Part shown: positions 10,378-22,493 of the stretch, one piece after another
Numbering within the stretch: the first letter of the stretch is position 1
Layout: each line of letters starts with the position of its first letter
NCBI GenBank assembly: GCA_046759605.1
Contig: JBHICL010000001.1
Location: 1 to 43,694, forward strand
Direction: 5' to 3'
DNA: 43,694 bases
DNA from: Alphaproteobacteria bacterium
GTDB taxonomy: Bacteria; Pseudomonadota; Alphaproteobacteria; UBA6615
Notes under the pieces: generated by a model
Told to the model about the DNA's origin: nothing
What the model saw: the letters and a program-made list of their open reading frames with translations, nothing else
Database searches by the model: none
Position numbers and translations under genes: made by a program

Positions 10378-10459
10378 GGCGCGACCGAATCACAGTCCGT
10401 TTGCAAAATCAAGAGCTCGATGTAAAGGATTCCAGATACTTGCTTCGCGAGGCGCGCTC

Positions 10460-11566
10460 ATGCAGCTACCGCGTTTCGAGCTGGAACGTTACTTCGCCCG
10501 TTACGAGTTCGCGGCCGAGTACCTGCTATGCGCCAGCGACTGCGAGGCGATGACGGTGGGGGAGTTGCTGGCGCTGGAGCCCGGCGCCTCGGAAGCGTTC
10601 GCGGCGCACGGGCTGGGTTATGCCGAGAGCGCCGGCGCGCCGGCGCTGAGGGCGGCCGTGACGGCGTTGTACGAAACGGTCGGCCCCGACGAGGTGCTGG
10701 TGCACAGCGGCGCCGAGGAAGCGATCTTCGTGTTCATGCACGCCGCCCTCGCGCCGGGCGACCACATCATCGTGCATTCGCCGTGCTACCAGTCGCTTCA
10801 CGAGGTCGCCCGCGCCATCGGCGCGGGCGTGACGCCCTGGCGCGCGGATCCCCATGACGGCTGGAGCCTCGATCCCGACGACCTCGTCCGCGCCCTGGGG
10901 CCGCGCACGAGGGCCATCGTGCTCAACAGCCCCCACAACCCCACCGGCTACCTGATGGACCCGGATCGATACCGCCGGGTTGTGGCGATCGCCGAGGATC
11001 GTGGGGTCTGGTTGTTCTCCGACGAGGTTTACCGCGAGCTGGAGCACGATCCCGCCGATCGCCTGCCGGCGGCGTGCGACCTGAGCGAACGGGGCGTGTC
11101 CCTGGGCGTGATGTCCAAGACCTATGGCCTTGCCGGCCTGCGCATCGGCTGGGTGGCGACCCACGACCGGGACCTGATCGCGCGCATGGCCGCGCTCAAG
11201 GACTACACCACGATCTGCGCGGCCGCCCCGTCGGAATTCCTGGCGCGGCTCGCCCTCGCGCACCGGCATGAGCTGATCGAACGGAACCGCGGCATCGTGC
11301 TCGAGAACCTGGACCTGCTCGACAGGTTCTTCGCGCGCCATGCCGGCCGCTTCGCGTGGGCGCGGCCGCGCGCCGGCCCCATCGCCTTCCCCGAGCTCCT
11401 GGACGGCGGCGCCGAGGCCTTCTGCCGCCGGCTCATGGAGCGTGAGAGCATCCTGCTGCTGCCGGGCACGGTCTATGGCCACGGCGACCGCCACGTCCGT
11501 GTCGGCTTCGGCCGAAGCGGCCTGGCGCCGGCCCTCGAGAGGCTGGACGCTTATCTCGGCGCCTGA
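10460..11566 (+). CDS. class I/II PLP-dependent aminotransferase, specificity unknown
   Basis: 368 aa from ATG 10460. Aminotransferase fold-type I hallmarks: NSPHNPTG and SKTYGLAGLRIGW (PLP lysine). Confidence 0.8.
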   Translation: MQLPRFELERYFARYEFAAEYLLCASDCEAMTVGELLALEPGASEAFAAHGLGYAESAGAPALRAAVTALYETVGPDEVLVHSGAEEAIFVFMHAALAPGDHIIVHSPCYQSLHEVARAIGAGVTPWRADPHDGWSLDPDDLVRALGPRTRAIVLNSPHNPTGYLMDPDRYRRVVAIAEDRGVWLFSDEVYRELEHDPADRLPAACDLSERGVSLGVMSKTYGLAGLRIGWVATHDRDLIARMAALKDYTTICAAAPSEFLARLALAHRHELIERNRGIVLENLDLLDRFFARHAGRFAWARPRAGPIAFPELLDGGAEAFCRRLMERESILLLPGTVYGHGDRHVRVGFGRSGLAPALERLDAYLGA

Positions 11567-13791
<2,225 letters not shown>

Positions 13792-13805
13792 GGCAACCCC
13801 CAAGG

Positions 13806-15434
13806 TCAAACAAGGCGCGATTGATCGATCGCCGCGGCGATGAACGAGGTGAACAGCGGGTGCGGGTCGAACGGCTTGGACTTGAGCTCGGGATGGAACT
13901 GCACCCCGATGAACCACGGATGGTCCGGGATCTCCACGATCTCCGGCAGCTCCCCGTCCGGCGACAGCCCGGAGAAGACGAGCCCCGCCTCCTCCAGCGG
14001 ATCCCGGTAGTTGATGTTGACCTCGTAGCGGTGCCGGTGGCGCTCGCTGATCTGGCGGATTCCGTAGATCTCCGCCACCCGGGAGCCCTCCGTCAGGAGC
14101 GCCGGATAGGCGCCCAGGCGCATGGTGCCGCCGAGATTGTCGCCGGGCCTGCGGCGCTCGATCGTGTTGCCGCGGGTCCATTCGGTGAGCAGCCCGATCA
14201 CCGGGTGCGCGCAGGTACCGAACTCGGTGGATCCCGCCCCCTCGAGGCCCGCGAGATTGCGGGCCGCCTCGATGACCGCCATCTGCATGCCGAAGCAGAT
14301 ACCGAGAAAGGGCACCCGGCGCTCGCGAGCGAAACGGGCCGCCAGCACCTTGCCTTCGGCGCCGCGCGCGCCGAAGCCGCCGGGGACGAGGATGCCGTCG
14401 ACGCCTTCGAGGTGCGGTGCCGGGTCGTCCTTCTCGAAGATCTCGGCGTCGATCCAGCTCAGGTTGACCTGGGACGTGTTGGCGATGCCGCCATGGCTCA
14501 ACGCCTCGGCCAGCGACTTGTAGGCGTCCATGAGGCGCGTGTACTTGCCGACAATGGCGATGCTCACCTCGCCCTCGGGCTCCTGGATCCTCCGGACGAT
14601 GCGGCGCCAGGTCTCGAGGTCCGGCTCGCGCGAGGCGTCGAGGCCGAAATGCGCCAGCACCTCGGTGTCCATGCCCTCGTCATGGTAGCTGACGGGCACC
14701 TGATAGATCGTGGCCACGTCGAGGCCCTGCACCACCGCCTCCGGCCGCAGGTTGCAGAACAACGCGATCTTGCGGCGCTGGCTCTCCGGGATCGGACGGT
14801 CGCACCGGCACACCACCATGTCGGGCCGGATGCCGACGCGCTGCAGCTCCTTCACCGAATGCTGGGTCGGCTTGGTCTTGAGCTCGCCCGCGGCCGGAAG
14901 ATAGGGCACCAGCGTGAGATGGATGAACATGGCGCGGCGCGGTCCGAGCTCGAAAGCCAGCTGCCGAATCGCCTCCAGGAACGGCAGGCTCTCGATGTCG
15001 CCGACCGTCCCGCCGATCTCGCACAGAACGAAGTCCTCGTCGTTCAGGTCGGCGGTGGCAAAGTTCTTGATCGCGTCGGTGACATGGGGAACGACCTGAA
15101 CCGTGCCGCCGAGGTAGTCGCCCCGGCGCTCGCGCGCCAGCACCTCGGAATAGATCCGGCCGGTGGTGACGTTGTCCGATTGCTTGGCTGCAACGCCCGT
15201 GTAGCGCTCGTAGTGGCCCAGGTCCAGATCGGTCTCGGCGCCGTCGTCGGTCACATAGACCTCGCCGTGCTCGTAGGGGCTCAACGTGCCGGGATCGACG
15301 TTGAGGTATGGGTCCAGCTTGCGCACGCGCACCTTGTAGCCGCGCGCCTGAAGCACGGCCCCGAGCGACGCGGAGGCGAGGCCCTTGCCCAAGGAGGAAA
15401 CCACGCCGCCGGTTATGAATATGAACCTGGTCAC
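13806..15434 (-). CDS. pyrG: CTP synthase
   Basis: (V)[18 protein letters not shown]-terminus, GATase GICFGMQ and FHPE. A GTG start at 15434 gives the canonical 542-aa length. The ORF is open to 15497. Confidence 0.95.
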   Translation of the reverse strand: MTRFIFITGGVVSSLGKGLASASLGAVLQARGYKVRVRKLDPYLNVDPGTLSPYEHGEVYVTDDGAETDLDLGHYERYTGVAAKQSDNVTTGRIYSEVLARERRGDYLGGTVQVVPHVTDAIKNFATADLNDEDFVLCEIGGTVGDIESLPFLEAIRQLAFELGPRRAMFIHLTLVPYLPAAGELKTKPTQHSVKELQRVGIRPDMVVCRCDRPIPESQRRKIALFCNLRPEAVVQGLDVATIYQVPVSYHDEGMDTEVLAHFGLDASREPDLETWRRIVRRIQEPEGEVSIAIVGKYTRLMDAYKSLAEALSHGGIANTSQVNLSWIDAEIFEKDDPAPHLEGVDGILVPGGFGARGAEGKVLAARFARERRVPFLGICFGMQMAVIEAARNLAGLEGAGSTEFGTCAHPVIGLLTEWTRGNTIERRRPGDNLGGTMRLGAYPALLTEGSRVAEIYGIRQISERHRHRYEVNINYRDPLEEAGLVFSGLSPDGELPEIVEIPDHPWFIGVQFHPELKSKPFDPHPLFTSFIAAAIDQSRLV

Positions 15435-15539
15435 GCGGACGCAATCCCCGTCTTGCACGGCCGACTCGAGACCCGCCGCAAAAGAAAGAGGCGGCACGGG
15501 TGCCGCCTCCTGCCGTCGGTTCCGCCCCGAGGGCTCATG

Positions 15540-15905
15540 TCAGTCATCGAGCGGCACGCTCGGCTCCACCGGCCCCTCCGGGGTCGCGGCAGGTTCGGGC
15601 GTCTCATGGGTTGGCGGCAACGCTTCCTCCGCCGGAGCCACATCGCCGATGATCGAGCGCGTCGCCGGCTGGGTCCCGGAGAGGATCGAGAGCGCGATGC
15701 TGCTGACAAAGAAGAGCCCCGCCAGGACGGCCGTCGCCCGGGTCAGCAGGTTCGCGGTCGCGCGGTTTCCGATGAGCCCGCCCATGCCGCCGCCGGACCC
15801 GCCGCCGCCGATGCCGAGGCCGCCACCCTCCGATCGCTGCAACAGCACGACTCCCACGATCCCGAGGGCCAGCAGCAGGTGAACAATGAGCAATATCGTG
15901 GCCAT
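15540..15905 (-). CDS. secG: preprotein translocase subunit SecG
   Basis: 121 aa with two TM segments flanking a Gly-rich loop (LLQRSEGGGLGIGGGGSGGGMGG). Conserved position between tpiA and pyrG. Confidence 0.85.
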   Translation of the reverse strand: MATILLIVHLLLALGIVGVVLLQRSEGGGLGIGGGGSGGGMGGLIGNRATANLLTRATAVLAGLFFVSSIALSILSGTQPATRSIIGDVAPAEEALPPTHETPEPAATPEGPVEPSVPLDD

Positions 15906-16031
15906 ATCCTACTCTCGAACGAGCGCCCGGGGCGCGCCCGGCCAAGCCCGCCCCCGCCCACGAACTCACGCGTTTTTAGTCGTTCCGGGCGCTCTTTGCC
16001 AGTGCAATCTTGGGCGGCCGGGGCGCCAGGT

Positions 16032-16823
16032 TCAGCCCGGAACACTCATGGCAATCGCCCAGAAATCCTGGGCCTTCAGGCTGGCGCCACCCACGAGAGC
16101 GCCATCGACGTCGGCGACGCCCAGAAGCGCCTCCGCGTTGTCCGGCTTCACCGAGCCGCCATAGAGCACGCGCATCCTTCGGGCGTCGTCACGGATCAGG
16201 ACGCTCAGATATGCGCGGATGTGGCTGTGCGCCTCCTCGACCTGCTCCAGCGTCGGCGTGCGCCCGGTGCCGATCGCCCAGACAGGCTCGTAGGCTATGA
16301 CGGTGTTGACCGAGCTGAACGGCGCCGAGCCACCGGGGGGCACCAACGGAAGCGACCCCTCGAGCTGCGTGCTGAGCACGGCGAGGGTCTGTCCGCCGTC
16401 CCTTTCGGCTTCGGTCTCGCCGATGCACACGAGCGCCGCAAGGTCCGCCCCGTGGGCGGCGATAACCTTCGCGCGCACGAGCGCGTCCGTCTCGCCGTGG
16501 TCCTGGCGCCGCTCAGAGTGACCGAGTATGACGTAGCTCGCGCCTGCGTCGGCCAGCATGGAGGCGCTCACGTCGCCCGTGTGGGCGCCCCCGGTTGCGG
16601 CGTGGCAGTCCTGCCCGCCAACCGCGATGCCGCTGCCTGCCAAAGCCTCGGAAACGGCGCGCACCAGCGTCGCCGGCGGGCACAAGAGAAGCTCGAGGTC
16701 CGGGGCTCCCGTCGCCTCGACGCGCTCGCGCATCGCCCGCGCCAGCTCCAGTCCGTCCGCCGCGAGGCCGTTCATCTTCCAGTTGCCGGCGATCAGCGGG
16801 CGCCGGCCCGAAGCCACGCTCAT
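16032..16823 (-). CDS. tpiA: triose-phosphate isomerase
   Basis: Motifs [27 protein letters not shown] and VGGASL. Start at ATG 16823 or 16844; the ORF is open to 16928. Confidence 0.9.
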   Translation of the reverse strand: MSVASGRRPLIAGNWKMNGLAADGLELARAMRERVEATGAPDLELLLCPPATLVRAVSEALAGSGIAVGGQDCHAATGGAHTGDVSASMLADAGASYVILGHSERRQDHGETDALVRAKVIAAHGADLAALVCIGETEAERDGGQTLAVLSTQLEGSLPLVPPGGSAPFSSVNTVIAYEPVWAIGTGRTPTLEQVEEAHSHIRAYLSVLIRDDARRMRVLYGGSVKPDNAEALLGVADVDGALVGGASLKAQDFWAIAMSVPG

Positions 16824-17011
16824 GCTCCCCCCATCGACTGCCATCACGCCCGGGTGCTGTAGCACAGCGCCGGGACCGGAGTCAGCGGACGATTCAGCGT
16901 GATTGACGTACCCTTGAGGACTTGTCATGGGATGGAATCACGCTTGCGGCGCGAAGCGGGACCCTCATATCATGCCGCTCGCGACCACGGGAACACGACG
17001 GACGGCAGACA

Positions 17012-18886
17012 ATGCTCCAGTCACTTCGCAAGAGCACTTCCAGCTGGATCATGAAGGCCATACTCGGCCTCTTGGCGTTGACGTTCGTGGCGTTCTTCGG
17101 CGTCGGACGGGGGCCAGGCGGGCACTCGGGCCGGGGCAACGTCAACGCGGTCGTTCAGGTGGGCGGCGTGGACATCGGCGCGCAAGAGATCTCGCGCGCC
17201 TTCAACCAGGAGATCCGGGCCGTGGCGCCGCTCATCGGCGGCCAGCTGGACGCCGAACGCGCCCGCCAGATCGGGCTCCTCGACAGCGCCGTCCGGCGTC
17301 TCGTGGCACAAACGCTTCTGCGGCTCGCGGCCGACGACCTGGGCGTCGTCGTCTCCGACGAGCTGGTGCGCCGGGAGATCATCGAGCTCCCGCAGTTCCA
17401 GGACGAAGAAGGCCGGTTCAATCGAGCCGCGTTCGAAGCCTTTCTGCTTCACAGCGGCACGTCCGAGGGCGAGCTGATCGAGCAGCTTCGGTCGGACCTC
17501 TCGCGGGGTCAATATGCCGGGACGTTGAGCAGCGGCGGCGTCGCCCCCTTCACCCTGGTTGAAACGCTGTACCGGTATCGTGAAGAGCGGCGGGTCGCCG
17601 AGGCGGTCATCGTCCCCGCGGCGACCGATGTGGGCGAACCGAACGAGGCCGCGCTGGCGGCGTACTATGAGGACAACAAGGAGCGGTTCCGCGCTCCCGA
17701 GTACCGGGCCTTCACCCTGGCATCGCTCACGCCGGAGCAGCTGGCGGCCGAGATCGCCATCTCCGAGGAGGACATCGCCGCCGAGTACGAGCTGAGGCAG
17801 CACGAGTTTCGCATCCCCGAGCAACGGGAGCTCGACCAGGCCGTCTTCCCCGATCGCGAGGCCGCCGATCGCACCGCGATGCTCGTCGCCGAGGGCACGG
17901 GCTTCGTCGATGCCGTGGAGGAGGTGTCCGGGGCGGCGCCCGTCCCGCTGGGTCGGGTCGTTGCCGGCGAGTTGCTGCCGGAGCTCGCGGAGCCCGCGTT
18001 CAGCGCGTCCAAAGGCGACGTCGTCGGCCCCATCGAAAGCCCACTGGGCTGGCACCTGCTACGGGTCAACGCGGTGTCCGATGGAGAGGTGTTGTCGCTG
18101 GACGACGTGCGCGACGAGCTTTCCGCGAGCCTGGCGCTCGAGGAGGCGCGAGACGGCATTTTCGACGTGATCGCCGCGGTCGAGGACACGCTCGCCGGCG
18201 GCGGCACGCTGGAGGAGGCGACGGACGTCGGCAAGCTCTCCATGGTTCGCGTCGAGGCCATGGACAGACAGGGTCTCGATCCTTCCGGGCAGCCGATACC
18301 CGAGCTCGACATCGGCGGCGACGTCGCCGGAACGGCCTTCGAGACCGAGGAAGCCCAGGACAGCTTCGTCGTCGAGACCAGCGACGGCGGCTTCTTCGTC
18401 CTACGTGTGGACCGGGTCAACCCGGAGCGGATCCGTTCCCGCGACGAGGCGCGCGAAGCGGTCACGGCGGCATGGCGGGAGAGCGAAGGCCTGCGCGTGG
18501 CGGAGCGGCAGGCGCTGGAAATCGTGGAACGCGTGAACGGCGGCGCTTCTTTCGCGGACGCGGCCCGGGAGCTGGGCCACGTGGCGACGACGAGCGAACC
18601 GTTCAGCCGCACCGAAAGCGACGGCGTTGTCCCCGGCCCGCTCGTGGAGCTTCTGTTCCAGAGCGACGTCGGCGACGTCGTGTTCGCGCCGACACCGGGC
18701 GGCTTCGCCGTGGGACGGCTGCTGGAGGTGACCCCGCCGACCGGCTCGGTGGGTCTCATCAACCTTCGGGACACCCTGAACCAGGCCATCGCTCAGGACA
18801 TCCAGTCGCAACTGGTCCTCGCCCTCCAGGACCGCTACGAGGTCGAAGTCGACGAGGAGGCGTTGGACAACCTCTTCAGCCGCTGA
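17012..18886 (+). CDS. ppiD: periplasmic chaperone / peptidyl-prolyl isomerase, PpiD-like (SurA N-terminal domain family)
   Basis: 624 aa from ATG 17012. N-terminal anchor MLQSLRKSTSSWIMKAILGLLALTFVAFFG followed by a long periplasmic domain with a parvulin-like segment (GDVVGPIESPLGWHLLRV). Confidence 0.75.
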   Translation: MLQSLRKSTSSWIMKAILGLLALTFVAFFGVGRGPGGHSGRGNVNAVVQVGGVDIGAQEISRAFNQEIRAVAPLIGGQLDAERARQIGLLDSAVRRLVAQTLLRLAADDLGVVVSDELVRREIIELPQFQDEEGRFNRAAFEAFLLHSGTSEGELIEQLRSDLSRGQYAGTLSSGGVAPFTLVETLYRYREERRVAEAVIVPAATDVGEPNEAALAAYYEDNKERFRAPEYRAFTLASLTPEQLAAEIAISEEDIAAEYELRQHEFRIPEQRELDQAVFPDREAADRTAMLVAEGTGFVDAVEEVSGAAPVPLGRVVAGELLPELAEPAFSASKGDVVGPIESPLGWHLLRVNAVSDGEVLSLDDVRDELSASLALEEARDGIFDVIAAVEDTLAGGGTLEEATDVGKLSMVRVEAMDRQGLDPSGQPIPELDIGGDVAGTAFETEEAQDSFVVETSDGGFFVLRVDRVNPERIRSRDEAREAVTAAWRESEGLRVAERQALEIVERVNGGASFADAARELGHVATTSEPFSRTESDGVVPGPLVELLFQSDVGDVVFAPTPGGFAVGRLLEVTPPTGSVGLINLRDTLNQAIAQDIQSQLVLALQDRYEVEVDEEALDNLFSR

Positions 18887-18892
18887 ACACGG

Positions 18893-19957
18893 TCAGTCCG
18901 GATCATCCGCCCGGGCGACGATCGTGCTGAGCGGCACCAGCGCCAGACCGCGACTTTCCACTTGCGGCAGCCACTCGGCCAGAACTTCGATCGTCGTGTC
19001 ATGAGGGTGCCCGATGGCGATCGCGAACCCAGCATCGCGCGCCAGATGCTCGAGTTCCACGAGCGCCTCGCGTATCGCCTCCCGCGAAGGATCGTGATCG
19101 AGGAACACGGTCCGTTCGACCACCGGGACACCGACGCGCCGCGCGACCTCCGTGCCCACGGTGTCGGGAGTCGTGCGACTGTCCAGGAAGAACAGCCCGC
19201 GCTCCCTGAGCTCCTCCATCACCACCGACATCCCGGCACGGTCTTCGGTGAAGCGGCTTCCCATGTGGTTGTTCACGCCCACATAGCCTGAGAATCGGTC
19301 GAGAGCCCGCTTGACGCGCTGTCTGAGCTCGTCCTCGCCGAGGTCGGTCTGCAGAGCTCCCGGACCGGGGTCCTCCTCGGGACTATGCGGTTCCATGGGG
19401 AGATGCAGCATGAGCTCGTGACCGGCCGCCCGGGCGGCGGCCGCTTGCAGCTCGAGCTCTTCGGCATAAGCGAGAAACGACGTCGTGAGCGGCGGCGGCA
19501 AGGCCACCGCGCGCGCCGACCGGTCCCGGTCGAGGCCGAGATCGTCGAACACCACGGCGATCATCGGACGGTCGTCCGCCGGCGGTCGCACCGCCGCGAC
19601 CTCCTGGCCGACGTGTGCCGACCGAACGGCGGGCAGCGCGGCCGGCGGGGCGGCCACGGTTTCGGAGGCGCGCGGCCCCGACGCCTGAGCTACGCCGGAC
19701 TCCGGCGCGGGATCGGACGCCGCCCGAGCCACCGGAGCGGCGTTCTCGGACCCGCCATCGACGCCACTCTCGACGCCATCGCCGGCGCCGGGATCGTTGA
19801 GAGCCAACGTTACCGCCAGAAGGGTCGACAGGCTGCCGATGGCAAGACCCAGTGCAAGGGCCGTCGCCAGAGCCAGACGTCCGCTGCCGCCCGACGACCG
19901 GTCCCGTCCCTCCCGGGGTCGGCGTTGACGGAGGTTGTTCTCGGGTCCGTGCGGCAT
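18893..19957 (-). CDS. divergent polysaccharide deacetylase family protein (YibQ-like)
   Basis: TM anchor (LALATALALGLAIGSL), an Ala/Pro/Gly-rich linker, then a C-terminal domain with DDLGLD, HLPMEP and GVNNHMGS motifs recalled from the YibQ/DUF610 family. Start 19957 or 20014. Confidence 0.7.
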   Translation of the reverse strand: MPHGPENNLRQRRPREGRDRSSGGSGRLALATALALGLAIGSLSTLLAVTLALNDPGAGDGVESGVDGGSENAAPVARAASDPAPESGVAQASGPRASETVAAPPAALPAVRSAHVGQEVAAVRPPADDRPMIAVVFDDLGLDRDRSARAVALPPPLTTSFLAYAEELELQAAAARAAGHELMLHLPMEPHSPEEDPGPGALQTDLGEDELRQRVKRALDRFSGYVGVNNHMGSRFTEDRAGMSVVMEELRERGLFFLDSRTTPDTVGTEVARRVGVPVVERTVFLDHDPSREAIREALVELEHLARDAGFAIAIGHPHDTTIEVLAEWLPQVESRGLALVPLSTIVARADDPD

Positions 19958-20130
19958 CACGTATGTGGCCTCCACGCCGTCAACCGAACAAACGCCATCA
20001 CCCGGCCAGGCCACGGCACAGCGCGCTGCGACGGTGTTGCTATAAGCAAATTCAAAAGGTTACGCTAGAGCTTCGTCCCGCCTGGCATCGTCCGAGACGG
20101 GCGCACTATAGCACAGGGAAGGTTGGCGCG

Positions 20131-21180
20131 ATGAGCGGCGATCTCACGGACCTGAAGGAGCTGCTCGCCGAGGTCGCCGGCGGCGCGACACTTACCCAGG
20201 CGAAGGCGGAACAGGCCTTCAACATCATCATGTCGGGCAACGCCACGCCCGCCCAGATGGGCGGCTTCCTCATGGCCCTGCGCGTCCGTGGCGAGACCAT
20301 AGATGAAATCACCGGCGCCGCCCGCATCATGCGGGCCAAGGCCCATACGATCGAGGCGCCGCCGGGCGCCATCGACACCTGCGGCACCGGGGGCGACGGA
20401 AAGGGCACGCTCAACATCTCCACCGGCGCAAGCCTCGTCATCGCCGCCTGCGGCGTGGCGGTAGCCAAGCACGGCAACCGGGCGCTGAGCTCGCGCACCG
20501 GCGCGTCCGACGTGCTCGCCGCGCTCGGGGTGAACATCGATGCGGATTTCGCCCTGATCAGAGAGTCCATCTGGGAGAATCACATCGGCTTCCTCATGGC
20601 GCCGCGACACCACAGCGCGATGCGCAACGTCGCCGGTGTACGCGTCGAGCTGGGCACCCGCACGTTGTTCAATCTTCTGGGACCGCTGTCCAGCCCGGCG
20701 CTCGTAAAGCGGCAAATGGTCGGCGTGTTCGCCCGGGAATGGATCGAGCCGCTGGCGCAGGTGCTGGGGAACCTCGGCCTCGAGCGCGCCTGGGTCATGC
20801 ACGGCGAAGGCGGTCTCGACGAGATGACAACCACGGGCACGACCTACGTGGCGGAGCTCGACGACGGCCGCGTACGCTCCTTCGAAATTACCCCCGAGGA
20901 GGTTGGCCTGCCGCGCGCCCGCCTGGAGGACATCAAAGGCGGCGATGCCGAGCACAACGCCGCCGCCATGCGTCTGATGCTCGATGGCGAGCGGGGTCCG
21001 TTCCGCGACGTCGTGCTCTACACCAGCGCCGGGGCGCTGATAGTCGCCGGCAAGGCGACGAACCTCGAGGAAGGCCTGGCCATGGCCACCGATGCCATCG
21101 ACAGTGGCGCCGCCAAGAGAAAGCTGGAGCGGCTGGTCGAGATCACCAACCGGCCGCCGCCCGCCGGGACCGGCGAATGA
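20131..21180 (+). CDS. trpD: anthranilate phosphoribosyltransferase
   Basis: ATG 20131. Motifs GFLMALRVRGET, DTCGTGGDG and NRALSSRTGASDVL. Confidence 0.95.
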   Translation: MSGDLTDLKELLAEVAGGATLTQAKAEQAFNIIMSGNATPAQMGGFLMALRVRGETIDEITGAARIMRAKAHTIEAPPGAIDTCGTGGDGKGTLNISTGASLVIAACGVAVAKHGNRALSSRTGASDVLAALGVNIDADFALIRESIWENHIGFLMAPRHHSAMRNVAGVRVELGTRTLFNLLGPLSSPALVKRQMVGVFAREWIEPLAQVLGNLGLERAWVMHGEGGLDEMTTTGTTYVAELDDGRVRSFEITPEEVGLPRARLEDIKGGDAEHNAAAMRLMLDGERGPFRDVVLYTSAGALIVAGKATNLEEGLAMATDAIDSGAAKRKLERLVEITNRPPPAGTGE

Positions 21181-21998
21181 GCGACGTGCTGAAGCGGATC
21201 TGCGCCGACAAGCTGGAGCACGTAGCGTCGCGCAAGGCCTCCCATCCACTATCGCGCCTCGAGGCGCAGGCCAGGGAGGCGCCGCCCGCCCGCGGTTTCG
21301 CGCGGCGACTTGCGGATACGATAGCGGAGGGAAATTACGGCCTGATCTGCGAAATCAAGAAGGCGTCGCCGAGCCGGGGGCTCATCCGGGCGGATTTCGA
21401 TCCGGTCGAGATCGCGCGGGCCTACGAGCGGGGTGGCGCGAGCTGTATCTCGGTGCTGACCGACGCGCCCTACTTCCAAGGCGCCGACGCGCACCTTACC
21501 GCCGCCCGCGCCGCGGTTTCGCTTCCGGTACTGAGGAAGGATTTCGTGCTCGATCCGTATCAGGTGATCGAAGCACGCGCCATGGGCGCTGATTGCATCC
21601 TGCTGATCATGGCGGCCCTCGACGGTGGCCAGGCGGCACAGCTCGTGGCCTCGGCGCACGAGCACGGCATGGACGTGCTGGTGGAGGTTCACGACGCCGA
21701 CGAGATGCGGCGCGCCCTCGCGCTCGAGGCGGACCTCGTGGGCATCAACAATCGCAACCTGAAGACGTTGGCCGTGGACCTCGCTACGACCGAGGCCCTG
21801 GCGTCCATGGCGCCGCCGGATCGGCTGCTGGTCTCGGAGAGCGGCCTCGCGAGCCGCGGCGACCTCGATCGCATGGCAGCCGCCGGGGCGCGCTGCTTCC
21901 TCGTTGGCGAATCGCTGATGAGGGAGAGAGACATCGCGGGCGCCGTGCATGCCCTCGTCGCCGCGCCGGCGCCGGCCGACGTCGAGGCCACCGCCTGA
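21177..21998 (+). CDS. trpC: indole-3-glycerol phosphate synthase
   Basis: ATG 21177 overlaps the trpD TGA (ATGA). Motifs EIKKASPS, LRKDF and GINNRNL. Confidence 0.95.
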   Translation: MSDVLKRICADKLEHVASRKASHPLSRLEAQAREAPPARGFARRLADTIAEGNYGLICEIKKASPSRGLIRADFDPVEIARAYERGGASCISVLTDAPYFQGADAHLTAARAAVSLPVLRKDFVLDPYQVIEARAMGADCILLIMAALDGGQAAQLVASAHEHGMDVLVEVHDADEMRRALALEADLVGINNRNLKTLAVDLATTEALASMAPPDRLLVSESGLASRGDLDRMAAAGARCFLVGESLMRERDIAGAVHALVAAPAPADVEATA

Positions 21999-22004
21999 GC
22001 GAGC

Positions 22005-22493
22005 ATGGCCGAGCTCACCCATATCGACGAAAAGGGCCGCGCCCGCATGGTGGACGTGACCGCCAAGGACGTCACCGAACGCGTGGCCGCGGCCGCCGCA
22101 TCGGTGACGATGCGCGCGGAAACGCTGGCGCTTATCCAGGCGGGCGATATCAAGAAGGGCGATGTGCTCGCCGTTGCCCGCCTCGCCGGGATCATGGCGG
22201 CAAAGCGCACGGCCGAGCTCGTGCCCCTCTGTCACCCCCTTGCCTTGACCGCGATCGACGTGAGCGTGTCGCCCAACCCGGAGCGCAAGACGGTGGACAT
22301 AGAGGCGACCGTCAAGCTCAGGGGCCGCACCGGGGCCGAGATGGAAGCCATGACGGCCGTGGCCGTGGCGGCGCTTTCGGTCTACGACATGTGCAAGGCG
22401 GTCGACCGCACCATGCGCATCACCGACGTCCGGCTCACTTACAAGACGGGCGGAAAATCGGGCACCTTCGTGGAGCGGGAGCGCAGGCGTTGA
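22005..22493 (+). CDS. moaC: cyclic pyranopterin monophosphate synthase
   Basis: 162 aa with LTHIDEKGRARMVDV, KGDVLAVARLAGIMAAKRTAELVPLCHP and MEAMTAV motifs. Confidence 0.95.
   Translation: MAELTHIDEKGRARMVDVTAKDVTERVAAAAASVTMRAETLALIQAGDIKKGDVLAVARLAGIMAAKRTAELVPLCHPLALTAIDVSVSPNPERKTVDIEATVKLRGRTGAEMEAMTAVAVAALSVYDMCKAVDRTMRITDVRLTYKTGGKSGTFVERERRR

Noticed and set aside
13821-16862. 1013-aa plus-strand ORF spanning pyrG, secG and tpiA
   Set aside because: It is antisense to three well-supported genes and has no recognisable motifs. High-GC artefact.
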